This document shows, piece by piece, positions 1-7,898 of a DNA stretch of 64,000 nt. Position numbers and translations under genes: made by a program. The DNA comes from Chitinophagales bacterium (GTDB taxonomy: Bacteria > Bacteroidota > Bacteroidia > Chitinophagales > Chitinophagaceae). How positions within the stretch are numbered: the first letter of the stretch is position 1; every line of letters begins with the position of its first letter. Location of the stretch: NCBI GenBank assembly GCA_026936105.1, contig JAIXKI010000023.1, forward strand, positions 35,484 to 99,483. Reading direction: 5' to 3'. The notes under the pieces are model-generated. The model did not search any database and was not told where the DNA came from. It saw nothing but the letters and a program-made list of their open reading frames with translations.

Positions 1-5
1 AGAAT

Positions 6-2134
6 GTCGCAGTGGTTACAAACTAATTCCTCACTCTTATCCATTAAGTAATTAGGACTTCGCTACCTTAATGGTCGCAGTGGTTACAAACTAATTCCTC
101 ACTCTTATCATAATAATGATTATTTATTCTATTGGGAAAATGAAAGTCGCAGTGGTTACAAACTAATTCCTCACTCTTATTATCATGGATGATGGCATTG
201 GAGTCTTAGGCAAGTCGCAGTGGTTACAAACTAATTCCTCACTCTTATTGCTCTAACATTAGGAAAAGAGTGTTCGTTTCACAGTCGCAGTGGTTACAAA
301 CTAATTCCTCACTCTTATATCAACATTTACCGATTTGCAACGCCGTCAAATTGTCGCAGTGGTTACAAACTAATTCCTCACTCTTATTATTAAAGAAGTC
401 ATTTGAAGGTGACTACCCGGAAGTCGCAGTGGTTACAAACTAATTCCTCACTCTTATACGTAAGTGTCTCGCTTGTAGGAGACACAAAACTGTTGTCGCA
501 GTGGTTACAAACTAATTCCTCACTCTTATGCAGCAAATCATCAATCTGAATAAGAACATTGGATTGGTCGCAGTGGTTACAAACTAATTCCTCACTCTTA
601 TTTAATGCCCATGTAGTATATTGACCTTTTATAAGTCGCAGTGGTTACAAACTAATTCCTCACTCTTGTTACCGAATTTTATTATATGGATGGCACCCAT
701 TGGAAGTCGCAGTGGTTACAAACTAATTCCTCACTCTTATAGGAGAAAATGTTAGATAATCAGGAAGCCCAGGGACAGTCGCAGTGGTTACAAACTAATT
801 CCTCACTCTTATTCTCTGGACTTGAGCCTACTCCAAGCGAGTAGGATATGTCGCAGTGGTTACAAACTAATTCCTCACTCTTATAGAGAGAGGACGACTA
901 TCTCTCTGGTCTTGAGCGTCGCAGTGGTTACAAACTAATTCCTCACTCTTATCCAAAATATTTATGAGGAGAGGCAGAAATAGATGTCGCAGTGGTTACA
1001 AACTAATTCCTCACTCTTATTCATTATGACATTAGTGGCAATGATGTTGTTTGTCGCAGTGGTTACAAACTAATTCCTCACTCTTATTTAAGTTCTTCTC
1101 GAAGTTCGAGAAGAACAGAGTCGCAGTGGTTACAAACTAATTCCTCACTCTTATAGGACGATTACCTCTCTGGCCTTGAGCCCACTCCGTCGCAGTGGTT
1201 ACAAACTAATTCCTCACTCTTATACTCTATAAAGCCTCTGACAAAAGAGGAACAAGAGTCGCAGTGGTTACAAACTAATTCCTCACTCTTATAAAAAAAA
1301 CAAAAAAGCAAATGTATATTGACAACGTCGCAGTGGTTACAAACTAATTCCTCACTCTTATGAGAGGTAGGGAAAGCTAAAGGAGGCGATGACTTAGTCG
1401 CAGTGGTTACAAACTAATTCCTCACTCTTATATCCAATCGTTTGATATAGACACTTATCAGCGGGTCGCAGTGGTTACAAACTAATTCCTCACTCTTATG
1501 ATCTATTTTATTTTACCTTTGTAAAACTTTATGGATAGTCGCAGTGGTTACAAACTAATTCCTCACTCTTATCTCCACGAGCCCGGTGAAATTGTAGTAT
1601 CGGTGAAATAAGTCGCAGTGGTTACAAACTAATTCCTCACTCTTATCGTTCATAGTCAAGGGGTGGAATCTCCTTGTTAACAGTCGCAGTGGTTACAAAC
1701 TAATTCCTCACTCTTATTCTTCTCTTAAAAATGTATAGGGCCTGCCAAGACAGGTCGCAGTGGTTACAAACTAATTCCTCACTCTTATAATTAAAAACCA
1801 ATTAGTTATGATTACTACATTAAGTCGCAGTGGTTACAAACTAATTCCTCACTCTTATCTAAAAAAATAAAAAATCATGAAGATGTTCAATTGTCGCAGT
1901 GGTTACAAACTAATTCCTCACTCTTATCCCCCCGAAGATATCCAAAAGATGTTGGATAGTATTGTCGCAGTGGTTACAAACTAATTCCTCACTCTTATAA
2001 AAAAATATTTTCCTTACGACACATTGAAAGGTCGCAGTGGTTACAAACTAATTCCTCACTCTTATAATAAGAACAGAAGAGTGGCTGTCGAGGGCATAAG
2101 TCGCAGTGGTTACAAACTAATTCCTCACTCTTAT
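6..2134 (-). CRISPR. CRISPR array with 31 repeats and 30 spacers, truncated by the left window edge; belongs to the adjacent type III-D-like cas operon
   Basis: The 35-nt direct repeat GTCGCAGTGGTTACAAACTAATTCCTCACTCTTAT (as written on +) occurs 31 times, first at 6-40 and last at 2100-2134. Spacers are 32-39 nt and all different. The repeat at 635-669 has one substitution (CTTGT instead of CTTAT). Strand is set to minus for three reasons: the cas operon is on minus, the leader lies on the cas2 side, and the repeat read on minus ends in ACTGCGAC, close to the ATTGCGAC/ATTGAAAC 8-nt crRNA tags known from type III systems. Confidence 0.97.
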
Positions 2135-2217
2135 AGCATTCAATTGTGAATAGATTGAGTATGAGGGCCTTATATGTAAAAGAGCTGTAAATAATCCGGC
2201 TTTTTTCTGCATGGCCA
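2135..2217 (-). promoter_or_regulatory. Putative CRISPR leader between the cas2 stop and the first (newest) repeat
   Basis: An 83-nt non-coding, AT-rich stretch lies between the cas2 stop (2218-2220) and the repeat at 2100-2134. I could not recognise a clear Bacteroidota -7 TAnnTTTG box. Confidence 0.5.
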
Positions 2218-2532
2218 TTAAAAAACTTCTGTATGTTTTTCTCCCAGCAAATATTTCAAATCAGCTGCGAAGCTACCGATAATTTTCATATTCCGAAAGG
2301 ATGTTTTGCTGATAGCAAAGCTGATCAGTTTATCTTCGGGATATTCTCCGGTATCAGTAAACTTTTGCAGCCTTTTCCAAAGTTCTTTGTTCCTGTGCGG
2401 GGCCATCAACCCCGTAAATACCGAGTATTGTATCCTTTCGTAGCCCGATCGCTCCAACAATTTAGCTATTTTAGCACGCTTTTTATTATCTGAAATATCA
2501 TAGCTGATAAGAAAAATGTTTTTCTTATTCAT
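2218..2532 (-). CDS. cas2: CRISPR-associated endoribonuclease Cas2
   Basis: 104 aa. The N-terminal LISYDISDNKKRAKIAKLLERSGYERIQYSVF matches the Cas2 ferredoxin-fold signature (YDIs...R..v.k.L...G.riQ.SVF). Its ATG overlaps the cas1 stop (ATGA), and it lies next to the array. Confidence 0.93.
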   Translation of the reverse strand: MNKKNIFLISYDISDNKKRAKIAKLLERSGYERIQYSVFTGLMAPHRNKELWKRLQKFTDTGEYPEDKLISFAISKTSFRNMKIIGSFAADLKYLLGEKHTEVF

Positions 2533-3563
2533 GATTCAAAGTTTTTTTCAATTTGCTTTTTCAGGTCATAGGCCAATTGCAATATGTGGTTCTTCATGGC
2601 CGTAACACGGTTATCAAACTTCGTTTTTTCTTCCAGCCAATCATTGAAGAAAGGGATCAGTAAGCTTCTGCCTTTTTTGTTAAGAATATAGCCGTACTTC
2701 TCATTCGTTTCAAACCAATCGGGCTGAATAGTTTGCCGCATGATCAGCTGAGCCAGCAATTGGTCTGCTTTGGGCCGGAAAGGTTCAATTACATCAAAAG
2801 CCAATGACGGCGTTTGATATTCATTGGCGTGCCAGATACTTATCTGGCTGTCAAGTCCTGCACAGGCCAGTGCTGTTTCCACCTGGTGATAGAGCATGCC
2901 ATATATATAGTTAAGCATAGCATTAACAGCATCTCCGGCAGGCCTGTAGCTTCTTCCCTGCATGTTCCATCCTTCTGACTGTGCCATCAGGCTTACAACC
3001 TGCCAATAATATTTTGCATTATTGCCTTCCCAACCGCGCAACCATTGCAGAAATTGCTGCTCCTCGCTAATAATAAGGGATTTTTGCTCCAGGTTTTTAA
3101 CGGCCGTTATTATTTGCAGCATGCTGCTTTCAGCTACTTTTGCCAATGCAGTTTTCCTGTTTGCCCACCAGTTAATATTTTTTAACTGCCCTTCTGTTTT
3201 TAGCAAAAGCATCTGCATAATCCATTTTAATGATTCTTTGCTTTTTGAAAATTCATATTGCTTTTTGCGAAGATCGCTGTGCCCCGAAGACAAAACTGAA
3301 TTAATTCTGACAACCGGCTGGCCGATATGGTCAAGTAATATCAGCGGTATATTGTTTTCTGCAGCGAGGATCATGGCGCTGCTTGTAATATTTACTGCTT
3401 TGGTTATAAGAATGCTGCTGATGCGCTGCGGGCTGATGATCCTGTTAAGGGAATTTGATTCCACCTGGAAGCACCGGTTGCGCTGGCTTAGCTGAAGGCC
3501 GTAAGTGTTTAATACGAGTTGCATGTAGCAGGGTTTAAAATTTAATATAGCTGTTTGCTCCAT
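2529..3563 (-). CDS. cas1: CRISPR-associated integrase Cas1
   Basis: 344 aa. It carries the NAMLNYIYGML motif and the catalytic-region motif WHANEYQTPSLAFDVIEPFRPKAD (H....sL..D..EpfRp..D). It is translationally coupled to cas2 and starts 2 nt after the RT C-terminal ORF. Confidence 0.93.
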   Translation of the reverse strand: MEQTAILNFKPCYMQLVLNTYGLQLSQRNRCFQVESNSLNRIISPQRISSILITKAVNITSSAMILAAENNIPLILLDHIGQPVVRINSVLSSGHSDLRKKQYEFSKSKESLKWIMQMLLLKTEGQLKNINWWANRKTALAKVAESSMLQIITAVKNLEQKSLIISEEQQFLQWLRGWEGNNAKYYWQVVSLMAQSEGWNMQGRSYRPAGDAVNAMLNYIYGMLYHQVETALACAGLDSQISIWHANEYQTPSLAFDVIEPFRPKADQLLAQLIMRQTIQPDWFETNEKYGYILNKKGRSLLIPFFNDWLEEKTKFDNRVTAMKNHILQLAYDLKKQIEKNFES

Positions 3564-3565
3564 AT

Positions 3566-3889
3566 TCAGGAATAAGGAAAATCATTCCAGGAAAAACTTT
3601 CCGCAAAAGGTTTTGTATTGTAGGCATCGTCATACATGCTGCTCAGCCTCTTTACCACCGGATGCTGATGCCCATATACCATTTGCAAAAAGCGCAGTTT
3701 TCCCTGCAGGTGCTCTTCAAACTGGCCTATCCATTCGGCCGGTGTATGTCCTTTTGACACTGCTGAAAATTCCAGTACATGCTTGAAACGTTTCAGGTTG
3801 CTTTCCAGGTCGGTTAGGAAGGCTTCCGGCAGTACCGGCCTGTCTTTCAATATCAGCCCCGTAACCATTTTTTCATCCGATTCGCCCAT
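3566..3889 (-). CDS. C-terminal (motif 7 / thumb) part of the reverse transcriptase, separated from the N-terminal part by an in-frame TAG
   Basis: 107 aa. It begins ...MVTGLILKDRPVLPE (a VTG motif). It is in the same frame as 3893-4603; only TAG (3893-3895) and TGG (3890-3892) lie between the two ORFs. Confidence 0.75.
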   Translation of the reverse strand: MGESDEKMVTGLILKDRPVLPEAFLTDLESNLKRFKHVLEFSAVSKGHTPAEWIGQFEEHLQGKLRFLQMVYGHQHPVVKRLSSMYDDAYNTKPFAESFSWNDFPYS

Positions 3890-3892
3890 CCA

Positions 3893-4603
3893 CTATACCT
3901 TTTCCATGTTTATGGTAAATCCTTTTTTGCCGATCATATCCTGTATGGTATAGTACTGCTCAATGCTAATGGGTTGGTTGGCAGAAAAAGTAAGGTCATC
4001 CACGTAGCGGGAATATGTCATTTTGTTTTGCAGGGAGTAACTTAACAGATCTGCATCCAGTTCACGGGTGGCAAAATTGCTGAGCACCGGAGAGGTTGGG
4101 CTGCCCATGGGCAGCCTGCCATTATAAGTAGTAAACTCTGCCAAAAAGGAACTGAGTTCCGTATTGAACTGAAAAGGTGCAGAACGGAATATGCCGGCAA
4201 CACGCATGCGGCTTACCTGGTGAAAGAAATCTTTCAGGTCAATGTTCACCATGTACTTTCTGCCGCAATGTAGCCTGGCATTGGTAAGAATGTTCCTTTT
4301 CTTATTAGCGCTTTTGGGTTGCTGAATAAATCCATAAGCAGCCCGGCTGCGGCAAAAAAAATAAGCGGCCTGCAGGTGGTCATTGAGTTTTCGCAATGCC
4401 TTTTTAAGATCTTTTGCAGGCGCTTCTATCAACCGCTGCTTCCCTTTTTGTTTTCTGACCTCAAAAACAGAATAAGGCTTTTCCAAACGCAGTTTCAGGA
4501 GTTCCGGCAGGCCGGTTTGCAGCAAACCGGCCAGGTCTGAAATACTCTTTACCCTGCATAGCTGGTGGGAAAGGGCTGTCATGTGTTCCTTTGAAAAGGC
4601 CAT
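3893..4603 (-). CDS. Reverse transcriptase (RT motifs 1-6) with retron-like signatures, truncated by an in-frame TAG
   Basis: 236 aa. Motifs seen: ILTNARLHCGRKYMVNIDLKDFFHQV (NAxxH followed by the DxxDFF motif), LPMGSPTSPVLSNF, YSRYVDDLTFS (YxDD box) and GFTINMEKV (motif 6). It lies immediately upstream of cas1-cas2. Confidence 0.88.
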   Translation of the reverse strand: MAFSKEHMTALSHQLCRVKSISDLAGLLQTGLPELLKLRLEKPYSVFEVRKQKGKQRLIEAPAKDLKKALRKLNDHLQAAYFFCRSRAAYGFIQQPKSANKKRNILTNARLHCGRKYMVNIDLKDFFHQVSRMRVAGIFRSAPFQFNTELSSFLAEFTTYNGRLPMGSPTSPVLSNFATRELDADLLSYSLQNKMTYSRYVDDLTFSANQPISIEQYYTIQDMIGKKGFTINMEKV

Positions 4604-4742
4604 GCCATAGCTATTTCCCTGTTAAATTACCAACAGTTTTTAAGAAATGCAACTGCTGGTCCGCAATGTCAAAGAGCATTTGTTTTCAACTTTAATATAT
4701 AAAATACATTTTTATCATAAACTTTTTATTCCCCGTCACTTT

Positions 4743-5879
4743 TTACATTGCTTTAATAAAATTTTTCAGTACTTCATCATTTCCGATAATTTCAATGCCT
4801 GCCAGTCTAATGCCCAATAATTTAGCCCTGTCTTTTTGTTCAGCCTTTAGCTTCGAAAAATCGTTCAGGGCAAATAAATAGTAATTGACCCATAATCCAA
4901 ATTCTTTTTTAAGTGTTGCTGCTTTATAGATAGTATTAGTAAAAAGGTAGCTTATTTTACCGGCATCATTGTCTGCAATGTCAGTTTTACATTCTATTAC
5001 GTACAATGCATTATTGTGTGTAAAAATAATGTCGTACTCATTAGGAGCATTTCCTTTTATCAACTGTACTCCCAAGCCTATTGCATCATCACTTAAGCCA
5101 AGTATATTTTTTATTTTTGTATATATATATTCCTCAAGCCATTCGCCGGTAATATATTTTATTTCCTTTTCTGTAATCGAATCATCGTTCTCAAACATTA
5201 CTCCGTTTTCGGTAAAAATCATCGCCTCATGGAAAAGGGCTGTTTCAGCAGGCTTTTCCCTTCTCAATTTTTTACCCCTGAATTGCTTTCTTATTTTCTC
5301 TGCACAGGACAATAATTTTTCTTTCTGTTCTCCAATAAAGGCTTTAAACAGTGTTTCGGTCTGTGCTGCGGGTTTTAGTAAGGTGTTTTTTGAGCCAAAT
5401 GATTTTTCGGGCACACTAACTCCATACGACATCAGGTAATCTTTCAAATCCACCCGGAATAAAAGGGATTGAGTGCTGTTTTCCATTAAAGGGAATACCC
5501 GGTGAATTTCATTTTTTTCTATAGGAACATAAAATATTTCCGAATTGCTTTTTCCCGAAAAGTGAATATACACACCCAATGACATGATTTTTGTGCCGCC
5601 GGTGATATTTACCAGCACTTTATCTTCTTCATTTATATTTAATTCATCCGATAGTTTTGAATCAATATCGTGCAAAGAATCTTCAACTACTGTTACAATA
5701 CGGCACAGTTCTTTACGAATGCCCGCAGCATTAATAATATTATCAGTCATTTTTCTTTCAGGAGATTCCATTTTTTCTGTTGACAAAAAAATATACCTGT
5801 CGGCAACCTTTTGTTCTCTGATAAATAATACATTTTGAATAGCCTGATCGCTTACGATATTTACTATGATTCTACTCAT
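4743..5879 (-). CDS. card1: Card1/Can2-type effector: CARF sensor fused to a PD-(D/E)xK nuclease
   Basis: 378 aa. The N-terminus IVNIVSDQAIQNVLFI ... NITGGTKIMS resembles the DUF1887-type CARF. The C-terminus NEYDIIFTHNNALYVIECKT gives a D...ExK restriction-endonuclease-like motif. It lies inside the type III operon. Confidence 0.8.
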   Translation of the reverse strand: MSRIIVNIVSDQAIQNVLFIREQKVADRYIFLSTEKMESPERKMTDNIINAAGIRKELCRIVTVVEDSLHDIDSKLSDELNINEEDKVLVNITGGTKIMSLGVYIHFSGKSNSEIFYVPIEKNEIHRVFPLMENSTQSLLFRVDLKDYLMSYGVSVPEKSFGSKNTLLKPAAQTETLFKAFIGEQKEKLLSCAEKIRKQFRGKKLRREKPAETALFHEAMIFTENGVMFENDDSITEKEIKYITGEWLEEYIYTKIKNILGLSDDAIGLGVQLIKGNAPNEYDIIFTHNNALYVIECKTDIADNDAGKISYLFTNTIYKAATLKKEFGLWVNYYLFALNDFSKLKAEQKDRAKLLGIRLAGIEIIGNDEVLKNFIKAM

Positions 5880-5902
5880 ATTATATTTTAAAAAAGTAAG
5901 AT

Positions 5903-6634
5903 TTAAGTTCTGTATACCGTTCCAAATCCAATGCCCGGCACCTGGCCGATTCCTATGCCATCAGGTATATGCAGGTTGCAAAAAAATGTACAATCGAAAG
6001 GTAGTTTTTTTTCTTTATAAACCTGGATTAACTTTTTAGTAGCAAGAATAGAAGATACATAAGTAATAAAAGGGAAATTGTACCTGAATCCGGTACCGGC
6101 TATCATTGTATTAATTTGCCTTGAAAGACATTCATCAAGTAATTCTGCCAGTACTTTTAGTTCACCGGATGCCAAAAAAACTTTGTATCGATGTGAATCA
6201 AGCGGCAGCCAGTTTATTACTCTATACTGTTGCTTAATGGTTAGTAATTTAATCGTATGCTTTTCTAAAGGAAATGATTTGTATTCCGAGAGGTCAACAT
6301 AATTTTGCTTCGTTCTTAAAAATTTATTTTTTATATGCTTATTCTCCTCTTTATTGAGCAGTGCAAGAATTTCGTTCACTGCATTGATTCCCTCATTTAT
6401 AGCCAATAAAGCAGCTTTGCCTTTTACCGGCTTGAATTGGATAAGCGGGTAGCGTTTTATAGTGTCATTTGTTTCTTCACTTCGGTTATAAAAAAGCTCT
6501 GTATCAATTCCCTCAGTTTGCCCGGATTCTCTCAGATCATGAATAGCAGCGGAAAAAGTTTTTTTAAAATGCACTCCATCATTTTCTTCCAATGAAAAAT
6601 TAAAAACGGTCATTTGCGTATAGACAGTATGCAT
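5903..6634 (-). CDS. cas6: Cas6-like crRNA-processing endoribonuclease
   Basis: 243 aa. It has a C-terminal glycine-rich loop GIGIGQVPGIGFG (the GhGxxxxxGhG Cas6 hallmark), a typical Cas6 size, and lies within the cas operon. Confidence 0.7.
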   Translation of the reverse strand: MHTVYTQMTVFNFSLEENDGVHFKKTFSAAIHDLRESGQTEGIDTELFYNRSEETNDTIKRYPLIQFKPVKGKAALLAINEGINAVNEILALLNKEENKHIKNKFLRTKQNYVDLSEYKSFPLEKHTIKLLTIKQQYRVINWLPLDSHRYKVFLASGELKVLAELLDECLSRQINTMIAGTGFRYNFPFITYVSSILATKKLIQVYKEKKLPFDCTFFCNLHIPDGIGIGQVPGIGFGTVYRT

Positions 6635-6869
6635 ATTTAAACCAGGTTTAAAAAATAATTTAAAAAATCATCAGGTATTACGATATTATTATTACCTCTT
6701 GACAAATCCACAATGTCCATATAAAATGTATCATCTTTAATTTCATTAATTTAAGATGTTTTATCAGGATTTTCGAAGTAAGATAGCTATCAATTATTGC
6801 CAGATATTGAATTGCACTAAAGGTCTTTTTGCCATTTTTTTGTTTGTCTTTCGTTGGAAGATATAATAA

Positions 6870-7442
6870 TTACCTGTGATGCATTTGTAGAATATGTTTA
6901 TTAGGTTTACTTTTTTTTCCACCACAATCAACAAAGATGATGGTTTTCGATTTTTTTGTATTATTTATTTCTTCAATAACATTCTTTGCAAATTTGTCTG
7001 TAAACTTATTTTTATAGCGTATTTCTTTGATATACTGTTGTGATAAACTGCTTGCCCAAAGACCTTCTCCGTCCGGGCAGCCCTTTATAATAAAAATATT
7101 TTTATTGGTATAAGCAGAATTTTTCTGTAGCAGTTGTTTAAATAATGCATAAACAAATACGGATTTGCCGCAATCAGGAGGGCCAATAAAAGCAATAACA
7201 ATATTTTTTTGAGGCACCGGATAATATACCTCAAATGCTGATTTACTTATGAATGCATCGGGTGTATTCGTTGATATAATTTTAAGAGCACTATGATGCT
7301 TTGGATCGAAAGAAGCAATCCATTTAGCAGTATTTGCTTTTACAACTTTTTTATATAAAATAAGATACAACCCAATAGGACACCGCCTGTCAACAACTAT
7401 TCCTTTATTGCTGTTCATATTTCTTGGCAGAGAAATTGCCAA
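6870..7442 (-). CDS. csx3: Csx3 (Crn3 ring-nuclease)-like domain fused to a P-loop NTPase; the 5' end is uncertain (open frame continues to 7556)
   Basis: KGIVVDRRCPIGLYLILYKK...WIASFDPKHHSALKIIS resembles the Csx3 core (kGVVisGRgPiWL...vAvYDPrl.aVVV). It is followed by Walker A GPPDCGKS and Walker B IIFVDCGG. The annotated start is a TTG. A further 38 upstream in-frame codons are stop-free but contain no ATG, GTG or TTG. Confidence 0.6.
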   Translation of the reverse strand: MAISLPRNMNSNKGIVVDRRCPIGLYLILYKKVVKANTAKWIASFDPKHHSALKIISTNTPDAFISKSAFEVYYPVPQKNIVIAFIGPPDCGKSVFVYALFKQLLQKNSAYTNKNIFIIKGCPDGEGLWASSLSQQYIKEIRYKNKFTDKFAKNVIEEINNTKKSKTIIFVDCGGKKSKPNKHILQMHHR

Positions 7443-7551
7443 GGTTTCTTCTGTCTTTATTTTATCAGTTTTGAAGAATACTCCAGGGAAATCGTACTCA
7501 AGATCAGTAACCGGCAGGTTTAATATGATAGAATTATTGTCTATATGATTA

Positions 7552-7869
7552 TTATTTTATTCTTTTCAATAATCCAAATTTATACCCTATTGCTTCTATT
7601 TGATCAATTGAAGAAAGCACTTGCCCTTCTTTAATCCTTTTTTTCAGCTGAAATATTAAAGCTTCATCCCCAACATGTTGTTTATATTGATTTCTGTTCA
7701 TTGGTATTTCTACCTGCAGTAAGTTTGATAAGATATTGCAGGTGCTTTGATGACCTATATAGGAAACAAAATCGTTTTGAATTATTTTTTTTGCATCTTC
7801 AAGGGTAAGGTATTTATATTCATAAGTGCCATAGCAAGTAACGATAGATGTATTCAGTAAAGCCAGCAT
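7552..7869 (-). CDS. crn2: DUF1874-family protein (Crn2 / AcrIII-1-type cyclic tetra-adenylate ring nuclease)
   Basis: 105 aa. YIGHQSTCNILSNLL...MNRNQYKQHVGDEALIFQLKKRIKEGQVL parallels the SIGHDSTIQLINSL...KNRVEIKL...QISQRLEEGKIL core of the viral AcrIII-1/DUF1874 family. It is on the same strand and inside the cas operon. Confidence 0.72.
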   Translation of the reverse strand: MLALLNTSIVTCYGTYEYKYLTLEDAKKIIQNDFVSYIGHQSTCNILSNLLQVEIPMNRNQYKQHVGDEALIFQLKKRIKEGQVLSSIDQIEAIGYKFGLLKRIK

Positions 7870-7898
7870 TTTTTATATCTTATTTAATGAATAATATT

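Noticed and set aside
4604-4742. Possible retron msr/msd ncRNA upstream of the retron-like RT. One hairpin lies at 4630-4659 (CCAACAGTT / AACTGCTGG on +)
   Set aside because: Only 139 nt are available. I could see a single 9-bp stem (with one G-U pair), no flanking a1/a2 inverted repeats and no conserved branching-G context. That is not enough to call a retron ncRNA. It needs a covariance-model search.
6699-6727. Near-consensus sigma70-type promoter on the plus strand (TTGACA, 17 nt, TAAAAT) pointing antisense into the csx3 gene
   Set aside because: The housekeeping sigma factor of Bacteroidota recognises a different consensus (TTTG / TAnnTTTG). The region is AT-rich, no ORF or structured RNA is evident downstream, and the match is likely fortuitous. 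It would only be worth revisiting if RNA-seq shows an antisense transcript.
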